Source: Candidatus Bathyarchaeota archaeon (GTDB lineage Archaea; Thermoproteota; Bathyarchaeia; TCS64). Taken from it: a stretch of DNA of 64,000 nt. Shown in pieces: positions 57,796 to 64,000 of the stretch (its first letter is position 1; each line of letters begins with the position of its first letter). Below the pieces are notes generated by a model. It was not told where the DNA came from, did not search any database, and saw only the letters and a list, made by a program, of their open reading frames with translations. Location: NCBI GenBank assembly GCA_963771885.1, contig CAVYVF010000023.1, forward strand, positions 320,001-384,000, in the 5' to 3' direction. A program made the translations under genes and the position numbers.

Positions 57796-58515
57796 ATGAC
57801 AGACGTCCTCGCACGCGTCAAGTGGGGCGCACCCGCGCTTAGCCTCCTCGCCGATGCTAAGCGGCTCGCGCCGGGGAAGCCGGCGATCATCCACATCCGC
57901 CACACAGAGCGCCCCGGGGTTACGGGGCCGAACAGCAACATGCTCCTCTCGACGCCGAACGGTAAAGCGGCCGCCATCGAGTTCGGCGAGAACTTGCCCG
58001 CGGAGAGGAGTTACCGTCTCTACTATACAGCCGTCAGCCGCTCAAAGGAGTCGGCGCAATCCATAATCGAGGGGATCAGGAGCAGCAATGGGAAAGCGGA
58101 GATCGTTGGTGAGTTCCCATTCCGCACATCATTCGACCCGCAGGCCCTCGATGACTATATTGACCGCGTGATTAAGAAGTGCGGGGACGAGGACGCCGCC
58201 GTGGCGGAGATGATGAACAGGTGGCTCTCGGGCCTCGCGCCGCCGGACGTGTTCCGCCCCAGCGACGAGTTCGCCAGGCTTGTCGCAGACTACGCCATCG
58301 CTCGCCTCGACACCGCGACGCCGGACACAGTCGACGTATATGTGACCCACGACACGTGGGTTGGTTCATGCCTCTTCCACTGGTTCGGGATACCGATGCC
58401 TCTGGACGGCGTCAGGTTCCTTGACGGCTACCTGCTGCAGCCCCTCGACAGGGAGATGGCTGTGTGGTTCAGGGGCAAGGCGATGAGGATTGAGTACCCC
58501 CACTGGTGGGCTTAG
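57796..58515 (+). CDS. Histidine phosphatase superfamily protein
   Basis: IRHTER, R-KESA and VTHD motifs. Confidence 0.75.
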   Translation: MTDVLARVKWGAPALSLLADAKRLAPGKPAIIHIRHTERPGVTGPNSNMLLSTPNGKAAAIEFGENLPAERSYRLYYTAVSRSKESAQSIIEGIRSSNGKAEIVGEFPFRTSFDPQALDDYIDRVIKKCGDEDAAVAEMMNRWLSGLAPPDVFRPSDEFARLVADYAIARLDTATPDTVDVYVTHDTWVGSCLFHWFGIPMPLDGVRFLDGYLLQPLDREMAVWFRGKAMRIEYPHWWA

Positions 58516-59261
58516 AGACCCTTCCTCAGCGCCTCGACGTCGGATGGCGGGTAGCCCGAGTAGAACTTGCTGAAGTAGCCGTAGGCGTCACGCCCCTCTC
58601 CGAGGTGTCTTTTCACCTTCCCCGCCCACTCGGCGGTCTCCGCCGCCTTGTCCACCTGCACCTCCCCCCTCTCGGCGACCACCGCCTTCCTATCTCCTTC
58701 CCAGCGGAAGTAGGCGAAGCCCGCCGTATCCACCTTGGGCGCCTCCGCCCTGTTTGTCGAGGCGAGGGCGACGCCGTGGTCGCGCAGCAGCTTGTACGTC
58801 TCCTCTGAGAACCAGCCCCGGTTCCTGAATTCGGCGGCGACCAGGCGCTTCCTCGGCAGGGCTTCGAGCAGGTCGTTGAGGGCTTTGTACTCGGGCTTGA
58901 GGAAGGGCGGGAACTGTAGGAGGAGTGGCCCCAGCTTGTTGCCCATCACCTCCATGTGGCGGAGGAAGACGTAGAGCCTCTCAGCGTCGTATCTGAGGCC
59001 GGGAACATGAGTCACGGTCTGGGGGAACTTGGCTGCGAACCTGAACTCCTCGGGTACCGAGTCTCTCCACGCCTCGATGGTGAAGACGCTTGGTATCCTG
59101 TAGAACGTGGCGTCTATCTCGACCGAGTTCATAGTCTTCGCGTACTCGGCGAGGTACCTCGTCGGCTTCGTGCCTTCGGGGTAGAGTTTGCCTACCCAGA
59201 ACCTGTAGCTCCACCCCATCGTGCCGAGGTAGGCTACTCCCGGCGCTTGAAGAGGAGCCAG
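58512..59261 (-). CDS. DUF72 domain protein (first ATG 59219; frame extends to CTG 59261)
   Basis: YLGTMGWSY--W, SVEIDATFYRIP, FAAKFP, LGPLLLQFPP, EFRNRGW. Confidence 0.9.
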   Translation of the reverse strand: MAPLQAPGVAYLGTMGWSYRFWVGKLYPEGTKPTRYLAEYAKTMNSVEIDATFYRIPSVFTIEAWRDSVPEEFRFAAKFPQTVTHVPGLRYDAERLYVFLRHMEVMGNKLGPLLLQFPPFLKPEYKALNDLLEALPRKRLVAAEFRNRGWFSEETYKLLRDHGVALASTNRAEAPKVDTAGFAYFRWEGDRKAVVAERGEVQVDKAAETAEWAGKVKRHLGEGRDAYGYFSKFYSGYPPSDVEALRKGL

Positions 59262-60625
59262 TTCTTCTCACCAGCCTTAGTGAAGTGGACGAGCTCGTAG
59301 CCGCCCCTGAGACGCTCCCCGTGGATGACTATGGAGACCTTCTCCGGCGTCCACTCGACGGTCTCGTAGGTGCCCCTGTCCCAAATCTTGACGGTGCCCG
59401 CACCGTACTCACCCTTCGGGATCTCTCCCTCGAAGCCACCATAGTCTAGGGGGTGATCCTCCACAGCGACGGCGAGGCGCCTCTCCCCCGACTTCTCGGG
59501 CGGCCCCTTCGGCACCGCCCAGCTCTTCAGCGCACCGTCCCGCTCCAACCTGAAGTCCCAGTGCAGGTGGCTCGCGTGGTGCTCCTGGACGACATACATG
59601 TTTCCCTTCAGTTTCGTGCCTTCGCCGACGGGCTCGGGGCTCTTCGAGAAGTTCCTCTTAGAATTGTACTCTTCGAGGGTCAAGGGCTTCACCTGCGATA
59701 GTGTGCAGTCGCGGGGGGTTTTATCGGTTCTCAGTCTGATGAACCGGGGGGCACGCAGGCGGTCGTCGTCGGTTAGGTTCTGGTAACCGACCTCGGCGAC
59801 GACGCTTGGTTTGAGCCATGTGGAGTACGCGGGGATGTCTGGGGCGTCGACCTGTTTCTCCTGCGTCTCGTATGGGCGGAAGGCGGCGATCAACTCGCGG
59901 AGCTTCTTCTCAGTGAAACCCGTACCCACCCTGCCAACGAAGGTCAGCTTATCCCCTTCGTAGAGCCCGAGTAGCAGCGCCCCGAAGGAGTCCGCCCTGT
60001 TACCCGTCCCCCTCGTGTAACCAACGACGACGCAGTCCGCCGTCTTCACCCTCTTCACCTTTAGCCATTCCTTGCTCCTCTCCCCCGGGCGGTAGAGGCT
60101 GCGTAGCTTCTTAGCGACGACGCCTTCTAGCCCTTTCGCGGCGGCCGCCTCGTAGTAGGCCTCCCCCTTCTCCTCGACGTAGCTTGAGACGACGACATGC
60201 TCCCCGTCCCGGAGCGATTCTCTGAGTATCTTCTTACGCTCGTTCAGTGGCTTCGAGGTTAGGGGTTTTCCGTCCTTTTCGAGTATGTCGAAGACGACGT
60301 ATGTGCTCGGCGTCTCCCTTGCCTCCCTTTCTATGTCGCGGGGCTTGGACGCCTGCACCCGCTTAGCGACCGCTTGGAAATCAGGGCGCCCGCCCTTCAT
60401 GACGATAATCTCGCCGTCGACGACGACGTTCGACGCCAGCTTGGTGAGCTCGGCGAGTTCGGGAAACTTCATCGTGATGTCGTTGTCATTCCTACTAAGT
60501 ATCTGTAGTTTCTCGCCGATGTGGGCTATGGCGCGTATGCCGTCCCACTTTACCTCGAAGAGCCATCCACCCCGGCTAAAGGGGGCGTCGGCGGGCTCCG
60601 CGAGCATCGGCTGGTACTTCATCAC
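59234..60625 (-). CDS. ligD: LigD-type ATP-dependent DNA ligase fused to a C-terminal 3'-phosphoesterase domain
   Basis: Ligase motifs EVKWDG, DGEI, FDIL, EGVVAK, WLKVK and OB domain; PE motifs VQEHHASHLHWDFRLE, KSWAVPKGP, EDHPLDY, YGAG-V-IWD-G. Confidence 0.93.
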   Translation of the reverse strand: MMKYQPMLAEPADAPFSRGGWLFEVKWDGIRAIAHIGEKLQILSRNDNDITMKFPELAELTKLASNVVVDGEIIVMKGGRPDFQAVAKRVQASKPRDIEREARETPSTYVVFDILEKDGKPLTSKPLNERKKILRESLRDGEHVVVSSYVEEKGEAYYEAAAAKGLEGVVAKKLRSLYRPGERSKEWLKVKRVKTADCVVVGYTRGTGNRADSFGALLLGLYEGDKLTFVGRVGTGFTEKKLRELIAAFRPYETQEKQVDAPDIPAYSTWLKPSVVAEVGYQNLTDDDRLRAPRFIRLRTDKTPRDCTLSQVKPLTLEEYNSKRNFSKSPEPVGEGTKLKGNMYVVQEHHASHLHWDFRLERDGALKSWAVPKGPPEKSGERRLAVAVEDHPLDYGGFEGEIPKGEYGAGTVKIWDRGTYETVEWTPEKVSIVIHGERLRGGYELVHFTKAGEKNWLLFKRRE

Positions 60626-61416
60626 TTCTTCATCTGCGCCAGTGTCTGCTCTAAGGCTACCATCAGTTCCTTGACCTCCTCCTTCTTCTCGGGTTTTTCG
60701 ACGTGGATAGTCTCGCCTTTGAGCTTCTTCTTGATCAGCTTCTCAACGTTCTCGCGGTAGGTGTCCTTGTACTCGGTTATGTCGAATTCGCCAGTAAGGT
60801 TATCAAGTATCTTGTAGGCGAGCTCCAGTTCCTTCTTGCTCGGCTGCTTCAGCTCCTTCAGGTCCTTGACCGTCATCGGCTCTATGACCTCGTTTGGGTA
60901 GCGTAGCGTCGTGAGTATGAGGGCGCCTTTGTAGCTGTGTATAAGGACGGGGTACTCCTTCGTACGCATTGTGTAGCGCCCCACCCCCGCCATGCCTTTC
61001 TTCTCCAAAGCTGAGTAGAGGAGCCCGTAGGCGTCCACGCTCTTGTCGGGGCCGAGGATGTAACTGCTAAGGAAGTAGAGGGGATCGACGCCCAAGTACT
61101 GGACGAACTTGTCAATCTTAATGCGGCGGTCGGACTCGGGGCGTATGGCGTCGAGCTCCTCCTTCGTGAAGGTGACGAACTCCCCCTTCTCAACCTCGTA
61201 GCCGCGTGCCACGTCCGACCATTCCACGACCTCGTTGTCGTAGGTGCAGACCCTCTGGTACCTCAGCGGACACCCGTCCTTCTTACGTAGGAAGTGGAAG
61301 CTGTAGCTCTTGTCCCTGATCATCGTGTATAGCTTCACGGGCACGTTCACGAGCCCGATGCTTATCATGCCACTCCAAAAGCTCCGTCCGGCTGGCGCCT
61401 GCTCCTCATCGCTCAA
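60622..61416 (-). CDS. ku: Ku DNA end-binding protein
   Basis: RSFWSGMISIGLVNVPVKLY, RGYE, IDKFV, DPLYFLSSY, LTTLRYPNEV, EYKDTY, LMVALEQ; TTG start below an AAAAGGTTAAA promoter. Confidence 0.95.
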   Translation of the reverse strand: MSDEEQAPAGRSFWSGMISIGLVNVPVKLYTMIRDKSYSFHFLRKKDGCPLRYQRVCTYDNEVVEWSDVARGYEVEKGEFVTFTKEELDAIRPESDRRIKIDKFVQYLGVDPLYFLSSYILGPDKSVDAYGLLYSALEKKGMAGVGRYTMRTKEYPVLIHSYKGALILTTLRYPNEVIEPMTVKDLKELKQPSKKELELAYKILDNLTGEFDITEYKDTYRENVEKLIKKKLKGETIHVEKPEKKEEVKELMVALEQTLAQMKK

Positions 61417-61460
61417 TGGTAACCCCGGTTTGAACCTCGGAAGCCATGAGTTTAACCTTT

Positions 61461-61673
61461 TCACACAATGAAACTGAATAGGGTATTTGTCCGCCCCATC
61501 GCGAATGAGAAGATTACGAGCCCAGAGAGTATTATTGCGACTACATCCATCAGTGTCTGGTACCTCGCGTCTAACTTGCTGAACCACCGCCACCAGATGA
61601 ACCAGGAGAAGACAAACGCTAGCAACACGAAGATCGAAATGTCGCTAACGTCGATGAATATTGTGTCACTCAC
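61461..61673 (-). CDS. Small two-TM membrane protein
   Basis: 70-aa ORF with two hydrophobic segments; AT-richer than its neighbours. Confidence 0.5.
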   Translation of the reverse strand: MSDTIFIDVSDISIFVLLAFVFSWFIWWRWFSKLDARYQTLMDVVAIILSGLVIFSFAMGRTNTLFSFIV

Positions 61674-61921
61674 CGGGTGTCAAGCTGGTTCTTAGAACTC
61701 GCCGCTTTAACGGTTTTCTTTGCTTTGGGAAATTATTGGGTGTGTTATTTGGGATGGGTTATCAGCCGCCGTTCACTCGGACCTCTGAAGGCGTGGAAGC
61801 GTGAAGAAGCCGACGAAGGAGCAACTGAAGAAGGGATGCGTCATCTGCGTGAAGTTGATGACGGGTGACTATCACGGCGCGGTCATTGACCTTAGCCACG
61901 ATGCAGGCTTCTTTGACAAGC

Positions 61922-62791
61922 TCATGAGGATGCCTTGGATTCGCGGCTCTTCCACTTCTTAGAAGCCCAGAAGTCCTTCCAGTGGTCCTGCCTCTCCGGG
62001 ACGTTCTTCAGAGTGAATCTTATGGGATCGAGGTCGTCTAGCTCCTCCCACGTGATGGGTGTTGAAACAGTCGCCGATGGCGTTGCTCTAAGGCTGTAGG
62101 GGCACGCCATCGTCCGCCCCCTCCCGTTCTGCGGGTAGTCTATGTAGATCGTCCCCGGCTTCTTCTGCCCCTTTTCAGAGGAGACTATGCCCGTCTCCTT
62201 TGCGAGCTCCACTCCGACGCTGTGGGCGTATGCGCGGGTCGCCTCGTAGGTCTCGCTGCGGTCGAGGCGGGCGACGACGTGGAGCCCCCTCTTCCCCGAG
62301 GTCTTCACACACGCCTCGAAACCCCTATCCTTTAGCTTACCTCTGATGAGGCGTGCCACCTTGACCATCTCTGGGATGCCCGCGGGGGGCTGAGGGTCGA
62401 GGTCGAAGAGCACCATGTCGGGGTGATCAGGTTTATCGATCCTCGCTAGGGGGATGTGAAGCTCAAGTGCTGCGAGGTTCGCGAGCCAGATGAGTGTGTC
62501 GAGGTCGTCGCAGATAATGTAGTCGAGCTCCCTCCCCGCCGCCTCGGAATAGGTATGATGGAGGCGGACCCAGTCCGGCGTCCCCTGAGGCGCGTCCTTC
62601 CCGTAGAAGCCCTCCGTCTCGACTCCGTCGGGGTAACGCGTCACAACAAGCGCCCGCTCCTCGAGGAAGGGCAGCATCCTAGGCGCAACGATGATGTAGT
62701 ACTTCACGATGTCGAGCTTTCTCACCTCCGCGGCGGGGTAGAGGACCTTGTCTAAGTTAGAGAACTGGACCTTGGTGAGCTTCTCCATCAA
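61922..62791 (-). CDS. ligD: LigD polymerase (PrimPol/AEP) domain, stand-alone
   Basis: SNLDKVLYP, RYPDG, ANLAALELH, FDLDP, KTSGKRGLHV, IDYPQNGRGRT--CPYSLR, VSTPITWEEL. Confidence 0.93.
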   Translation of the reverse strand: MMEKLTKVQFSNLDKVLYPAAEVRKLDIVKYYIIVAPRMLPFLEERALVVTRYPDGVETEGFYGKDAPQGTPDWVRLHHTYSEAAGRELDYIICDDLDTLIWLANLAALELHIPLARIDKPDHPDMVLFDLDPQPPAGIPEMVKVARLIRGKLKDRGFEACVKTSGKRGLHVVARLDRSETYEATRAYAHSVGVELAKETGIVSSEKGQKKPGTIYIDYPQNGRGRTMACPYSLRATPSATVSTPITWEELDDLDPIRFTLKNVPERQDHWKDFWASKKWKSRESKASS

Positions 62792-62822
62792 TAGGGCTAT
62801 TGGAACGGTGGCTGATAAGAAG

Positions 62823-63245
62823 CTAGGCTAGGGTTATCTCCGGCTCGAGTGTGACCTTCGCCTTTATTGACTGCCAGATTAGGCTGTACTTCTCCGCCAG
62901 CTCCAGGGCGCGCCTCACCTTCTCTTCGGTGCAGCCGCGTATAACGATCTTCGGCCTGAGGGTAACTGCGTCGAACGTAGATGTCCTGTCTAGGAACTCC
63001 TCGACGTGCCCCTCGGCCTCGCATGTGTAGCTTATGAGGTCAATCTTGAGCCTCTCGACACTCCAGATGAACATTAAGGCGTAGCATGTGTTCAGGGCAG
63101 CAACGAAAGCGTCCTCGGGAGTAAGCACCCCTACCACTCCCTTGATGTCGGCGGGCGCCGAGAAGGGGAGAACGGGGCCGTTACTCAGCGATACCTCGCC
63201 GCTGTGACCCCCCGTCCACCTGGCTGTGGTCCTGTAGGTCACCAA
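62823..63245 (-). CDS. OsmC-family protein
   Basis: FSAP, TPEDAFVAALNTC, VTLRP-I, AEKYSLI. Confidence 0.85.
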   Translation of the reverse strand: MVTYRTTARWTGGHSGEVSLSNGPVLPFSAPADIKGVVGVLTPEDAFVAALNTCYALMFIWSVERLKIDLISYTCEAEGHVEEFLDRTSTFDAVTLRPKIVIRGCTEEKVRRALELAEKYSLIWQSIKAKVTLEPEITLA

Positions 63246-63647
63246 CTACGCGGCCTCCTGAATCTCACCAATCTTCAGGGCGAGCAACTCGGCTATTCGA
63301 CGTGCCGCTTTCAATCCTTCGGAGTCGAGTGTCCTCCTCCCCTTCGGTAGCTCGGCCCCCCACTCATTGAGGAGCGCCTCGACGTCAACGCCCGCGGCGG
63401 GCTCCTTGCTGTATTTTGTTATCGCCTTGTAAGCGCAGTGCTTCCCGCAACCGTCCACCGCGATCGTCGGGTGATCCTTGGCGAAGCTGTGCTCCTGCTC
63501 CTCCCCTGCGAAAAAGAGGGGCAGGCAAATGGTCACGGTCTGATCTGATCCCTCAAGTGCTAGGCGCGTCGCGACCCTGCTTAACGTCCCCAGACCGCAG
63601 CACTCTCCACTGCAGGAGACGACGCCTATCTTCGGCTTTATCTTCAT
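63246..63647 (-). CDS. DGC-domain putative zinc-binding protein
   Basis: SCSG, ICLP, IAVDGC-KHCA. Confidence 0.82.
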   Translation of the reverse strand: MKIKPKIGVVSCSGECCGLGTLSRVATRLALEGSDQTVTICLPLFFAGEEQEHSFAKDHPTIAVDGCGKHCAYKAITKYSKEPAAGVDVEALLNEWGAELPKGRRTLDSEGLKAARRIAELLALKIGEIQEAA

Positions 63648-64000
63648 GGCTGTGCCTCCCAGAGCTCGTCGACCTTCACCGCTAACTTTTCGGCGAGTAT
63701 CTTGGAGAGCTTCTCACCGTCCTCGTCGAGTGTGGTGACTGTGCGTGGGCGTAAGCCGCGGTTCTCCCTAAGCAGGTCCATGACTCGGAAGTGGGCAGCG
63801 ATCCTGCCCCCACTATGCTCGACGTTGTTGCCGGAGCATTCGAGGGTGCATCCGTCTACGGCGATGCATGTGCTCCCTGCTACCTTGCGTCTCGCCTCCT
63901 CGTCGCCCATGACGAGCAGCGAGAGGCAGAGCGTATCCGCCTTCCCCGGGCGCAGTTCATCGCAGACACGGAAAACGGCGTCTCGGCTTATCGAGCCGAA
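63644..64000 (-). CDS. DGC-domain putative zinc-binding protein (5' end outside the window)
   Basis: Frame open to the window edge (FGSISRDAV...TLCLSLLVMGD); IAVDGCTLECS. Confidence 0.8.
   Translation of the reverse strand, partial: FGSISRDAVFRVCDELRPGKADTLCLSLLVMGDEEARRKVAGSTCIAVDGCTLECSGNNVEHSGGRIAAHFRVMDLLRENRGLRPRTVTTLDEDGEKLSKILAEKLAVKVDELWEAQP

Noticed and set aside
61417..61593. N-terminal extensions in the ORF track for Ku (also rps4, rpl18e, LLM, pantoate kinase, gcvPB, SDR)
   Set aside because: They overlap neighbouring genes or promoters; family homology begins at the downstream starts used here
1..64000. CRISPR arrays, IS elements, integrases, rRNA
   Set aside because: No repeat-spacer periodicity, transposase/integrase motifs or rRNA-like sequence seen by eye

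Overview
Chromosomal window from a moderately GC-rich archaeon. eL13, eL18, archaeal RpoD, TFB, pantoate kinase and TATA/BRE promoters point to the TACK group, plausibly Bathyarchaeia (inference). It holds about 60 genes: a 2-oxoacid:ferredoxin oxidoreductase operon, MoxR/VWA pair, a ribosomal protein/RpoD cluster split by about 26.5 kb, tRNA-Lys(CTT), a Ca-type P-ATPase, DtxR-FeoA/FeoB iron uptake with twin operators, two ilvBH operons, a divergent GcvPA/PB pair and several hydrolases. The right end carries a complete prokaryotic-type NHEJ set (LigD polymerase, Ku, ligase-phosphoesterase fusion, DUF72). The strongest candidates for undescribed biology are: (1) a conserved tandem hairpin/mini-ORF 5' leader shared by both ilvB operons; (2) the archaeal NHEJ operon with a Lig-PE fusion and coupled DUF72; (3) a GcvP-like enzyme with rewritten substrate motifs; (4) a Pelota/aRF1-like protein lacking its N domain. 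Six +1 frameshifts in five genes are probably sequencing or assembly errors. No CRISPR array, integrase, transposase or rRNA was seen. All family calls come from motif recognition, not database searches.
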